Source of the DNA: Azolla caroliniana | Lineage: Eukaryota > Plantae > Polypodiophyta | Reading direction: 5' to 3' | DNA: 64,000 nucleotides | Assembly: GCA_043228905.1 (NCBI GenBank) | Contig: JBHGNT010000005.1 | Coordinates: 12,648,001 to 12,712,000 of the forward strand | Translations under genes and position numbers: made by a program | Shown: piece by piece, positions 22,511 to 34,898 of the stretch | How positions within the stretch are numbered: the first letter of the stretch is position 1 | Layout: each line of letters opens with the position of its first letter | The notes under the pieces: model-generated | The model's database searches: none | What the model saw: the letters and a program-made list of their open reading frames with translations, nothing else | What the model was told of the DNA's origin: nothing

Positions 22511-23601
22511 AGTCCCGAACGACCAGGCAAAGCAACATGAAAGGAGCGGAGGCCGCGACACCGAGTCGGTTGACTCGGCTGTTGACTCGGTTGTCGAGTT
22601 CGACTTCGGATCGGCTGAAGAAGCCGAGGGCGGACCCGCAGAAAAGTCCGGAAGCGGACAAAAGGGGAGCAACCGAAGGAGAGAGCCGAAGCCAACCACG
22701 CATGGGGAAATGACGCCACCGAGGGCGAGAAGACCAAAGACGAGTTGGAGACAGCCAACTCGGACGAGAGCGAAAACCGATCGGAGGTAGCCGAGACGGT
22801 TCGGATGTTTGATTCAGACACGCTGAATCAACCGAGGCCCAAGCGGAAGAAAAGGCAGCAAAAAAAGCGTCAACACCGCAACAGTAGAAGAGCTGTTGAG
22901 GGCCACATGAGCAGACAAGCCGACCGGAAGGGTCGAAGCGCGCGGAGTCAAACAGGTCGAGGAGCGCAAGCGAGGCGTGAAGCCAGGAGGAACCAGAGCT
23001 GTGAGCCCGAGGATCCCAAAGAGCCTCGAGTTGAGCTTGAGGGGGAGTGTTGAGAGACAAGCTCAACATCGGCCGGATCGGCTGAAGAAGCCGAGGACCG
23101 GATCGGTTGGGACCGATCGGTTAGGCCGAGTGCGTAAACCGGGAGGCCGTTAGGAAAGATATTCCATGAGGAATATATTTGGGAGTTAATGTAGGAGCTC
23201 TTAAAGAGCATTGAAGTATGGTCAGTACTTCGGTCAGTCCTTCGAGGACTTGTATAAAAGTGTTCATGGAACACACATATGTATAGAGTAGTGAATCGAG
23301 ATCTTTTGTTGAATATAGTTATTGTGTTTCTCTCTATCACTCTCTCTGTCTCTCCCGCGTATACTGCGTAAGCTCAAGCTCTCCATTAAACCTGAGTTTT
23401 CTTCCTTCTATTCGGTCTTCATACTTGCTTCCGCATGTTACTTTTTACACCTAGTAGTCTAGGCTGCTACTAGGCTTCCGGTTCCCGTTCGAATCTGGCT
23501 CTCCGATCCGTCTCCCCGATCCAGCCAGTTGTTTCCGAATACTGATCCAGCTCATCCTTCTAGATGCCGATCTAGATCCAGTTGAGCTTGCTTGCTCAAT
23601 A

Positions 23602-24793
23602 AGAAGGCCAAAAAGAAGATAGCCCAGGCCTTATTTCCCGGGTCATACGTTCCTTTTGACGAAGCTCGAAGAGGCAGTTAGCACAACATACCACCTGTGT
23701 TATCACTTCATTCAGCGATGTCAGTTCTGCAAAATTTAGCAATAATTTTTTTACATCACCTCTCAATCCCCGACGGAATTGATGACGTAGGGCTTGATCA
23801 CCCCACCCCGCATCGCAGGCAAGTTGGCGGAATTCAGAGGCATAGGTGGAGGCTGCACGATTACTTTGTTGTAGGGAATATATCTTAGTGAGCGCAGCTC
23901 TGCGTCGGTCCGTCTCCCTGAAAGTAGCTTCAAACTCCATGAGAAAGGCTGGAAAATCTTCCAAAAGTAGTGATGTCGTTTCCACCAAGGTAGTGAACCA
24001 CGCCTCCGTTGGTCCCGTCAGCAGTGAACCCAAGAGACCAACCTAGTGTAACCATGTGGCGTAACGATGGGGCTATAGGCAAATGATGAGGCAAATCTGA
24101 TTAAGGAAGCCGCATAGTCACGCACACGTTCCATCGAAATTATCGGGAAGGTTAACGTTAGGTTCATAGTAGGGCTCTTGGGATGGTGGCGATGGGTTGA
24201 GTGTGGTGGCTGGGGTAACCAAGGATGTCGCAGATTGAAGCTCAAGTAAAGATTGACGAAGGGTACCATTCTCGGCTTCGAGTTGTTCAAAAGCTATGAG
24301 TATTTGGGGTAGGCTATCGGACGGATCGGACATGGCTTTCGATGTGTGGTTAGTGAAGAGGGGGGCAGAGTGAAGAAGGAAGGTGAACAAACTGTTAAGG
24401 ATAGAAGAATCAGAGCTACAAGGATACTACAAGGATGCAATCGATAAGCCTAAAAGCGCTACAAAGACACGATTGACAAGCTAGGGGCAAGTATCATTAA
24501 CTGGTGTTGTTCACCTTGAATTCATTCAAGGTGAACTCAAATATTTATATTAAGTGGCGTGCATGCCTGTTGCGTGCATGTGATACACTGGAGTATGTAT
24601 GCACGCATGCATGTGCCAAGTGTGAATTATACAATGGATGGAGCAATTATGCTTATGATGCTAGCTTAAAGTTATAAGGAACAATCATGGATATGACTGT
24701 ATATTGGACATGTTGGTTAACACATAACACTCGATTATAACACAAGAGGTCATGAGTTTGGATCTTGACATGACCATTATCATGTCCGTAACA
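23602..24793 (-). mobile_element. Gypsy (chromovirus/Tcn1-like) gag fragment with probable 5' LTR remnant
   Basis: ORFs 23596-24033 and 24118-24390: LPDNFDG..., GSLLTGP..AWF, YASEFRQLA, QFRRGL. Possible LTR terminus CGTAACA at 24787-24793. Confidence 0.7.
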
Positions 24794-24816
24794 ATCAAGT
24801 TGAGTTTGAGGGGGAG

Positions 24817-25210
24817 TGTTGAGCGGACAAGCTCAACATGATCCGGATCGACAGAATAAGCCAAGGGCTAGATCAGTGTCCGGTAAGGTGAGCCAGACCC
24901 ATGTAAGAACCGGTAGGTCGTTGGAGACCTACGCTCTTAGTTTACCAAGTAGTTATGGTTTTAGGACTTAGTGTTAGTAGCTCATGTCAGTCCTTTTAAG
25001 GACTTGTATAAAAAGTGCTCTAAAGCACATTTGTATTTACAGAGTCTACAGAGTGATATTTTGAATATATTTTTGTGTGTTCTGCTCTCTCTCTCTCTCT
25101 CCCGTGTGTTCTCTATGTTTTGAAGCTTTCCATTAAACTTCCATTCTGTTTTCTATTGCTATCCGACAGAACCGGTTGTGTCTACAAGCTTCTGCATGCT
25201 ATTTTTTACA
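24817..25210 (+). repeat. Copia 3' LTR (E/F/G-related family), followed by a 28-bp end of an opposite-strand LTR
   Basis: PPT GAGGGGGAG precedes TGTTGAGCGGACAAGCTCAACA; ends TTTTTTACA; 25211-25238 ends GCTCGCTCAACA like the LTR termini of E and G. Confidence 0.8.
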
Positions 25211-25242
25211 GGCCCAAGTTGAGCTTGCTCGCTCAACATTAA

Positions 25243-25582
25243 TGAAGGAGTCGAAGGATCCTAGGACTCAGACATTCGGAGTAATAGAAGGCAACCAAGG
25301 AGTCGAAAATAGAAAAGGACTCGAAGGTAACCAAGGACCTGAACATTCCTAAGACTTGAATGTTCGAAGGACTCAAAGCAACCAAGGAATTGAAGGTTCC
25401 TGGGAGTCGAAGATAGCAAAGGACTCTAAGGTAACATAGGGGTAACCAAGGAATCAAGCGCTCTTAGGAGTCGAACATTCCAAGGACTCAAAGGCTACTA
25501 AGGAGTAGAAGGTTCCTAGGAGTTGAACATAGCAAAGGACTTCAAGGTAACCAAGGAATTGAAGGTTCCTAGGAGTCGAAGA
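25243..25582. repeat. Degenerate 9/18-bp minisatellite (AGGACTCGAAGGTAACCA-like)
   Basis: Recurrent AGGA(C/G)TCGAA and GGTAACCAAGG units. Confidence 0.7.
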
Positions 25583-26878
25583 TAGATGACGTTGACAATA
25601 ATGCAAACAATGAATAAAAGGAAAAATTAATACCACGTTTAACGGTATGGTACAGAACTCTAAACATATGATTAATGAAAACCCAACAAGTTTAAACGCC
25701 CAAATCACAAAATTAGTTGAAACGAGTTTTGTTTTACAAATGTTGAGTCGGCTTCACCTAACACCACAAATGTGGTGGCTTTAACAAGGCAACTAGTAAA
25801 CAAAAATAGGAAACGAGAGATGACGATGGCGACGCGGAGCTTCCAATGAGGGTGAGTTGAGTAGACCACCAGAACCGCGACTACTACCGACAACTAAGGC
25901 GCCCCAATGTCGAAGTAGTGTCTTTGTGTTGCTCCTTACTCCCTTCAAATGGTTGGTAAGTGAGCTCGTCGAATCTTGTCACAAAGTCATCCATACATAA
26001 TGAGCTTGGTGATGATGAAGTCCATGATGCCCACCTTAGTAGAAGAGGAGATAGCAAAGAAGAAGGGAAGGAAATGATATACCTCCCGAGTCCCTACGAA
26101 ACTTCGAGGTCGAGCTCCAAAATGCCGAAAAACGAAGAGAACCATAAATGTAAATTTTGGATTTTACACCCATATGAAGGAAGCTATATTTGTAATTTCG
26201 TTAAAATGGGAGCCTTCACCTATAGTCAAAGACCCCCTTTGATCGAGTGTTCGCCTAAACAAGGCAAATGTAGAACGTTTGTCTACAAGTGACGTCAACT
26301 CTCCTCTCTCTTGTGTGTCTCTTTTTTTTTATATAGTAATTACCTTACCCTAATGATAGGTTGTTAACACTACAAGCATTGCATCATGGGTTCGAATTTC
26401 CTCACCTCTCTATTATATACTTTATATACTCTTAATTTACTAAATGCCACTATGGAATGTAGGGGTTGAACCCATGACCACCTTGTCTCCATTGGGCAAC
26501 CTTACCAACTGATCTACTCTCACTCTTCTTTCTCTTAGACATCTAATTATCTCTCCTCTTCCTCTCTTCACTCTCTTTTGCCTCTCTCTTATATGGCTTC
26601 TATGTCTCTCTCTTCTCTATCTCTTCAACAATTAATTCTCACTCCTCTCCCTCTCTATACCTTTTTCCTCACCCTTCACCTCTTCATTTCCCCCCCCTCA
26701 CCTTTCACCCTTTGTTTCCCCTTATCATGTCCACCAAGGGACATACTTGTAAAACAACTTTGACATTTCACCTTCCTTGATTACCCTTCCCACGCACAAA
26801 TGTTTGTTCTCCCCTCACGCATCGAATTGAACACCAAGAACACGTTCACTTATACTTAAACTCCTAGCACACACATAC

Positions 26879-27450
26879 ACACCTTTCTTTCACCAACCCT
26901 TATTTGTTCGAACAAACTTATACTTATTCATTTAACCATACACATTAGTACATGCATATTAAATCTATGAACTTATACATGCTCACACACATAACTTTGC
27001 ACCTAAATAATTTGATCAAAGCACTATAAAGCACATAGCTACATAGCTACACACTTATGTATTCACTTGCATCAAAATAAAAATCTAATTATATCATTCA
27101 AATAACCCACAATTACCTCTTAACGCATGCACACTTGGACACCTCATCTGCACACAATTATCTATATACAATTACCTATTAATGCATGCACATTTGCACA
27201 CCTCACCTGCAATCACAATCACACCTTTCTTTCACCGATTCTTATTTATTTGAACAAACTTGTACGTATTCGTTTAACTGTATGCATTACTACATGCATA
27301 TTAATATCTATGAACTTATACATGCTCACACACATAACTACATACCTAACTAATTTGATCAAATCACTATAGAGCATGTAGCTACACACTTATATATTCA
27401 CTCACATCGAAATAAAAATATAATTATATCATTCAAGTAAGCCACAATTA
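26879..27450. repeat. Diverged ~235-bp direct repeat pair (~26879-27114 and ~27219-27450)
   Basis: Both copies start CACCTTTCTTTCACC and end CCACAATTA, with scattered substitutions. Confidence 0.8.
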
Positions 27451-27844
27451 TCTAGTAAAACTTCGGCATATGCTTCTCCTCAAGCATTGATGTTAATGGG
27501 TGGGGGTGAAGCCTAGAATGGTTTCACCCCCCTCCCAAGGGGGTTACGTGTGAGGGAAAGAGAGAAGTAAAGAAAAATAGAGAATGACACAAAAATGTGA
27601 GAAGGGGAAAATGTATTTTCATTACATGCCCATAAGGGATTTATATAATACATCTAATGTAACGGTTACATGACCGTTATAAATAAGACCGTTACACATT
27701 CTTGTACACATGCACATAATTATGCATGTGTCCATACACATACTAATCCTCACACACTCATTTACTTTACACATACACATCAACCACATCATTACACCTA
27801 CCCTTATGCCTCCCCATATATTCTTAAGGGTAACAATTGCCTAT

Positions 27845-30259
27845 GTCGCCTCCTCTATAGTCTAATTCTTCTGCTCGGCCACACCATTCTGCTCTGGTGT
27901 GTATATGTAAGAGAATTCTCGCTGAATCCTTCCTTCTGCAGATGACTTGAGAACTGGTCGGAAAAGTACTCTTTTCCGCCATTGGACCTCAGGCACTTGA
28001 TTTTTCTGTCGGTTTCCTGTTCGACAAGGCTCTTCACATTCAAGAAGTAGGCGAAGACTTCGCTCTTCTTCGCGATCAAGCACGCCCAAGTGTTTCGAGT
28101 GTAGTCATCAATGAAGGTTACAAAGTAATGGCTTCCTCCAATGCTCACGTTCTGTGCCGGTCCCCACACATCCGAATGGATCAAATCAAGCCAGTTCTAG
28201 CTCCGATTTTGCTCGTTCGGGAATGGAAATCAGTGTTGCTTCCCTAGCTGGCAAGCTTTGTAGACTTGGTCGTTTCGGTAATCCGAATACAATGTTCTTT
28301 GTCTGCATCTCCTAAAGCCATGGGAAGTTGACATGGCTGAACCACTTATGCCATAGATCGATGTCCGACTCGACCTTTTGCCCTTTTGCAAACATCCAAG
28401 CTCCAACTTCGTTTATTTTGAGGATCAACATCCTCCCTTCCCGGTGCCTTTGTGCAATGATTGGGCCCTCTTCTTTGATGAAGCAAATGAGGTGTGTGAA
28501 CCGGACCTACATCCCTTGGTCAACAATCTGTCCAACTGACACCGGATTCTTTGTGATTGTTGGGATGTGCATAATGTTCATCAGCTTCCCCTTATGTTCG
28601 ACATGGTTTAGGGGCTTCACCGACATGTTCGATGGTATGTGGGGTGTCATCACCGGTTTCAATGACCCCCGATTGTTCCGGTTTCTCCAAATACAAGTAC
28701 CACTCCTCGTGGCTTGTCATATGGTTCGACGCTCCAGAGTCAACATATCATACCTCATTCGGTTTCGAGGTGCTTTCCTTCATCGAATTAGCCTTGTGTT
28801 TCATCACAAAGGCTGAGTTCGATCCATTTCCGGTCTTTCCAGTTCCAGATCCTTTTGATCCTTCGGCGTAGTGTGAGCTTTGCCGACTCCCTTGTCCGGC
28901 CTTGTCGGATCCGGCCTTCTTCTAGCACTCACGCTCCCGGTGGCCTTTCTTGCCACAGTACGAGCATTCCATTTCGGCTTTAGATTGCCGTTTTTCGACT
29001 CCACCTTGACTCCCCCTACTTCCGGAGGGTCCAAAACTGATGTCAGCATGATGATTATGCCTTCGCTTTTGCACTTGTCGGCCGCCTCCATTACATACTC
29101 ACCCGCCTCGTCCACAACGACCACGGGGTCTATCCTCCTCTATGTACAATATATTGTTGTCGATGTGCGTGCTCATCGACACACTCATGTGGTTCTCTTC
29201 AACAAGAAGCATTGATTGCAACTCGAAGAATGACGACGTATTCTCTCTCGTGCAGACCACCGTTCAGAATGATCCAAACTTCTACGCCAATCCTCCGAGA
29301 TAGACCTGCACCATTTCGTCCTCCTCGATGGTCATGTTAATGGAGGCGAGAAAGTCACAGATTTCTTTGATCCGGGAGGTGTAATCAGCCACTGACATGT
29401 CTCTTTGCCGGACGTTGCTCATCTGTTATCTGAGTTGTAGCTTTCTGGTTGTGGTGCTTGCGGCGAAAATCTTCTTCAGATTTCCCCAAGCCTCCTTTGG
29501 TGTATTGGCATCCCGGATGTAGTTCAGTAGCTAATCACCGACACTAGATGTGAAGCATTAGAGAACTTTGCTTGCCGATTGTTCCCAAGCCGGAAAATCC
29601 CTGTGTGTCGAATCTGGTGCTACATCATTTACTCCTTTGACATAACTCCAATATCCATGTCCTACATCTTGTATGACCAAGATGCGTAGTTGCTTCTATC
29701 AAGCTTCTTAGTCGGAAGCGAGCTTCCCATACCTCTGTCCATTTCTCTTCTAGTATGTTCTTACCAGATGTTAGGTCTTGGTTTGTGTTGAAAGCTTTTG
29801 TCGGCAGCAGAGGATGTTCTAACCCTCGCGCTCTAATACCATGTAAAAATTACAGTGCAGAAGCTAAATAGACCTGAATCTGCTCAACCGGATCGCAACA
29901 GAAAACACAGAGAATGGAATACGCATAATAGGTGAGAGCGAGAGAGAGGGTCGCAGACAACAAAACCTTAATTCAAAATAAACTCAATACTCTCTATACA
30001 TACAATGTGCTCAATGAGCACTTTTATACAAGTCCTTAAAGGGCTTATTGAAGTACTGACATGTACTTCAATGCTCTTACCGAGCGACTAACACTAACTC
30101 CTAAAAGTATGCCTACATACTAGGCTAGGATCGCAAGCCTCTAACTGCCTACCGGTTACACTCAAATCCGGACACCGATCCGGCTCTTCGTTCTAGATAC
30201 CGATCTAGCCCTTGGCTTATTCGGCTGATCTGGATCATGTTGAGCTCGCTCGCTCAACA
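27845..30259 (-). mobile_element. 5' half of degenerate copia element G
   Basis: LTR 29842-30259 (TG...CA); iMet-like PBS 29830-29841; gag with CCHC knuckle; protease YVDSGASNHMT; integrase IHSDVWGP; truncated near 27845. Confidence 0.88.
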
Positions 30260-30357
30260 CACACATACAAGAGGTAGAGTGATTAGGGTTTCGTTAATTC
30301 GCACTTAATCTTAATCACTCTTAAGCTCAAGTGAAAGATTGAGTAGAGCCCTCAACA

Positions 30358-33300
30358 ATTAGAATTAGAATTAGAATTTTTTATCGCCCATAAAGAGGCC
30401 AATTTTGACCTATGGGACCAGAGTATACATGTGTCCTTGATATGTGTCTCCTTCCTAAGAAGGGGCATTCATACATTGAAGCACAAAGTCTCTATGTGTG
30501 AATAAAGCATGCACGTATGAGCTCAACCTTCTCAGTGGTGTCTTACGTATAGCACTTAAATTATCACTCCTTAGTATGTCAGCATATCTTGAACGAATTG
30601 CACTATATGTCGAGCATGTGAAGAGCAAGTGACATTCATCCTCTACCATGCCTTCATTGCATACTTTGCATGTCTTCAAGTCCGTTACATTTTGATACCG
30701 TGATGCAACTTCAATACCTAACTTGTGAGATCGAGTGCGATGTAGTGTAAGGGCTCTACGACCATTACTACTCATATTGGTAATGAGATAAGGTTGGATA
30801 CGATCAATAGGCGTTCTTGCTTTATATCGAGACCAACATTCAGGGTTGACATTTGCAATGCAGTATTCTAGCTTTGTCCTCTCTTAGCATCTTCCCACTT
30901 CATCCTTAATGATTCCACCAACCTTTCCTCAATCATTACATACTGCATAACATTTCCCAAAAGCTCTAAAAGATCATCCACACCCAATCTTCTAAACCAT
31001 TTCCTTATGTCAACAACCCAACTGGATGAGAGAATCTTACTTTTATGATTCTTTTGTATCTTACATCCAACATTCCAAGCAAGATGTGGTAATCAATGAT
31101 TCGGCATATTCTTGACTTTTGTAATGTATTTATATACTCTTTGGAGTGCCAATAGTTCTAGGGTCCAACACCTGTTTCCAAGAGCATAACTTGGTAAGAG
31201 GTAGTGCATTTAACTCCTAATTGCCTCCTTAAAAACATCTTTTGAATTTTCTCAATCTCATTTCATGCATTAAGAGAGATGGTGCCACCCCATACTTCTA
31301 CTCCATAAAGCAATACTTAAGTTACCATGGCATTAAACAACATTAGTTTTACTTCCCATCCACAAGTATCACTTTGGTTGCATTGGTTCTCCAAAAGGTA
31401 ATACGATTTCCAACCGACTTGGAGTCTAGAATCAAAGCATGCTCTCCATTTATTTGTGGCGGGTACATCAATACCAAGATATTTAAAGCTTCGAACAAAT
31501 TGTATATGTTCTCCTCTATATGAGAGCATAAAGTAATGATGAGGTTGGATGGTTTGCATTACCATCGTTTTTGTTTTCTCCGCATTCACAACTAATCCAC
31601 TACTATAGCAAAATTCTTCTAATACCCCAAGTAAATGTTGCATACTATCAACATCATATGAGAAGAGTACCACATCATTTGCATATAGAAACAATAAGAT
31701 AACATGTTGCATCAATTTGGGGGCATTCAATCCTTCTTCTCTTGCAACCTTATTCACCACTTCTTCTAATTTATCAATACATAAACCAAAGAGTATGGGT
31801 GATAGTGAACATCCTTGGCTGACCCCCATGTTACTTAAAAAGTGCTTTGAGAATCCACTATCCATTTTTAGTTGGTATTTAACTTGTTCATATAGGCGTG
31901 CAATAGCAACTCGGTACTCTAATGGCATGTCAATCTCTACCATTCTATTCCAAAGTTCACTTCGTGGTACGATATCAAAAGCTTTCTTGAAATCAACAAA
32001 ACAACAATAAAGTGCTTTAACTTGTAGTCGACTCTTTTCCATGATTACTCTCAATGTGACCAAATGAATCACAGTGGAGTGTTTTGGTCTAAATCCTGCT
32101 TGCCCAAGTGCTCTTTCGCTTGTACTTTCAGCCCATGTGCTTATCTTTTGCTCCATAATAGTGCTATATAATTTAGCAATACTTGATTCTTATCTCCAGC
32201 TTTAAATATTGGTTTAATCCAATTCATAAGCCAATCATTTGGAAATCCTTGTTTTATAGATTGCTCTATAATTGTCATTATCCAATGATGCGTATGTGGC
32301 ATTGTCCATTTTAAAAGCTCACTCGAGATGTATGTTGCATGTGTTGTTTTCCCACTCACCATCTTCTTTATTCCCTTATTGACATCATCAATATCAATAC
32401 ATGTAGTGCATGGTGTTATAATTTTCTCAACCATAGGAGCCACACCTTCATGCATATATAGCCTTTGTACATAGTCTAACATCTCTTCATTTGTAAAGTG
32501 ACATTTCACATCTTCTTTCTTACCCTTGAGTTATCCCAATGCTAATTTTGGTTTGAGCTTAAACACGTTTTTCTTTTTCATCTCTTGCATTTGGAAATAT
32601 CTTCTTTTCTTTCTCGTCACTACTTTCTTATATAGGTGCCATGCAACAACCTTTTGATTTTCCCCTTCTATGGACTTAAACCATTTGAGATACATCTTAC
32701 ATTCATCGTCAAACCAAGAATTACATGGAAAACTACACATCTCATGCCCACCACATGCCTCTTAAAGCATTGATATCCAACCTTAAGGATGATATCCTTC
32801 AAATGTTGCCATTTTTCTTTAACATCGTTGCTTAGATAAAATTTTAACAAATGGTTCTCTACTTCGTTTGCATACATCTTAGCTTTTTCGTAGCAAGGTA
32901 GGATGATACATCTCTTTTCGTCTTTCACTCCATGGCATCTATTGGTGAGATGTGGAATTGCAAGCTCTAAGTACAATGGCTTGTGGTCTGAGTCCGGTGA
33001 TAGAGAACCAACTTTAAACACATTCACTAATGATAGATCACATGCCAATATTGATGCGTAATCAACCACACTTCCTCCTACCCGAGGATGGTAAACATGT
33101 GAACACATTTGTCAATGGGAATGCCTTTATACCATTTAGGATAATCAAGTTTGTGCAATTTAGCATATGTATCAAAAGTTTTCCATAATCCGACATGACA
33201 CAATCCTCTGAGTCACGCAATAGACAATGTTCTACTACATGTTCTTCAAATGTCTCCACATTTTGGAAATTTCCAACTCTTGCATTGAAGTCTCCCGTAA

Positions 33301-33727
33301 TTAAAACTTTACCAAGCTTCTAAAATGAAAGTATATCATGGCATAATTACGTAAAAGGATCATCACAATCTAACCCAAACCCACTCTAGTAGTTTGAGTC
33401 TTTGTGAGGAATGTAGCATGCAACTATATACAACTTCTCTTTCCCCAAATTAACCTCTATCCATATGTATCTCTTGTAGTCATCATATTTGCATACTTTG
33501 ATAGAATTATCTAAGCTCTCATGGTAGATACATGCTATCCCAGCACACCCAATGTTCCCTTTGGAGTGAGGCCATATCGATTTTATGAGGTAACCGTCTA
33601 TCTTAGGTATACGTTTTGCCTCATGCTCCCATGTTTCAGCCAAAAATATAATATCCATACCTCGAGCTACATCATCAAGTCCTAAACCCTTATTCCATGG
33701 ATATCCTCTCCAAAACATTACTTTCAT
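30358..33727 (-). mobile_element. Degenerate LINE ORF2 (APE endonuclease, RT, C-terminal CCHC; RTEX-like) with a (TTCTAA)n tail
   Basis: FLAETW and DSDHKPL (APE); QAGFR, FVDFKKAFD, GVSQGCSLSP and LYANDV (decayed YADD) (RT); CKVC...EDECHLLFTC; tandem TTAGAA on the + strand at 30359-30376. Clade assignment is inference. Confidence 0.88.
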
Positions 33728-34321
33728 GTTTTGTATGAGATTTACTTTATTCGCATTTTTCTAGTGTTCCTTTTTGAGCTTCGTATGTATTTTGGTGTTG
33801 ATTTCTTCTCCATGGGTTTCGTCTTGGATGGCTGATTTTATGTGCTAAGGCAAAATTTCCGTCCATGAGGTAAGAAGTATACGTCTTGTGCCACTATAAT
33901 ATAGGCGTAGACAGTTTGCTGATGTCGTTGCTTTTCCAATTCAAACTATGAGGAACATTGTCAATCTCTTATTATTTCATCTCTTCTTATGCTCTCACCT
34001 CGCCTTCTTCTGTTACTCGTATAAGTGTACGGGAGGGTTAGGTGTAATGTGGAAGGTGGTGTGTGAGGTGTAATATGAAATGTGAATGTGTGAGTGTTAG
34101 GTGAGGTAAGTAGGTGTACCTACGTCCATTCGGCTTTTTGTAAAGATCTTCTATTATATAAATCCTCACTCATGGGGCATGAAAAAAAATGATATCGAAG
34201 TTACTCTAAATTGTGTCAGTCTCGATTCTCTCTCTCTCTCTCTCTCTCATTCGTTCTCTCTGTGCATCTCATCTCTCCCTCTCTCCTCTCACACTCGAAC
34301 CCCCTTGGGAGGGGGGTGGAG

Positions 34322-34712
34322 CCACCCATAAACATCTTCTACCCATTGTTTGCCATCAATGCAAAATGAATGTTCTTCTTACAAGTCTCTCATTCCATTC
34401 CTTTTTTTATATCCTCAAAATCAAGTCTTGCTTTTGTATCCACATCCTCTCTATCTACATAGTTTATTGACTTGATAATTGACTTGACTTTGCTCCGCTC
34501 CGCGTAGGTGATCGGCTCCACCCCCCACCCATAAACATCTTCTACCCATTGTTTGCCATCAATGCAAAATGAATGTTCTTCTTACAAGTCTCTCATTCCA
34601 TTCCTTTTTTTATATCCTCAAAATCAAGTCTTGCTTTTGTATCCACATCCTCTCTATCTACATAGTTTATTGACTTGATAATTGACTTGACTTTGCTCCG
34701 CTCCGCGTAGGT
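34322..34712. repeat. 188-bp duplication upstream of TyrRS (34322-34509 and 34525-34712)
   Basis: The two copies appear identical; 15-nt spacer. Confidence 0.9.
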
Positions 34713-34898
34713 TAATTCTTCCCTATTATCATTTATGTTATGTTATGTAGTATGTATGTACATACTCATACATACTGATATGTGATATGTACACATATAT
34801 ATATATATATATCATATATGTATGTATTTCGACGAAACCTCTGCTCGGCTGTGTGGACTAATATTCTTATTCTTATTATTGCTTGCGGAGGGGGAGCG

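Larger units (their letters stand above)
20015..23449 (+). mobile_element. Rearranged non-autonomous copia element F with an internal inverted LTR/3'UTR segment
   Basis: 402-bp LTRs 20015-20416 and 23048-23449 (about 12 mismatches); TSD CCTAG (20010-20014, 23450-23454); PBS TGGTATCAGAGC 20417-20428; PPT GAGGGGGAG 23039-23047; inverted segment 20481-~21585. Confidence 0.93.
17046..23601 (-). mobile_element. Degenerate Ty1/copia element E (3'-truncated); its 5' LTR is split by element F
   Basis: iMet PBS TGGTATCAGAGC (19714-19725, minus strand); LTR pieces 19726-20014 and 23455-~23601; gag, GAG-pre-integrase (DLWHKWISH...CEACQ), integrase (IHSDVWG), RT (QMDVKNAFL) ending just after a decayed YVDD motif at about 17046. 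Confidence 0.88.

Noticed and set aside
25243-25582. CRISPR-like array
   Set aside because: Degenerate tandem units without unique spacers, in a eukaryotic context.
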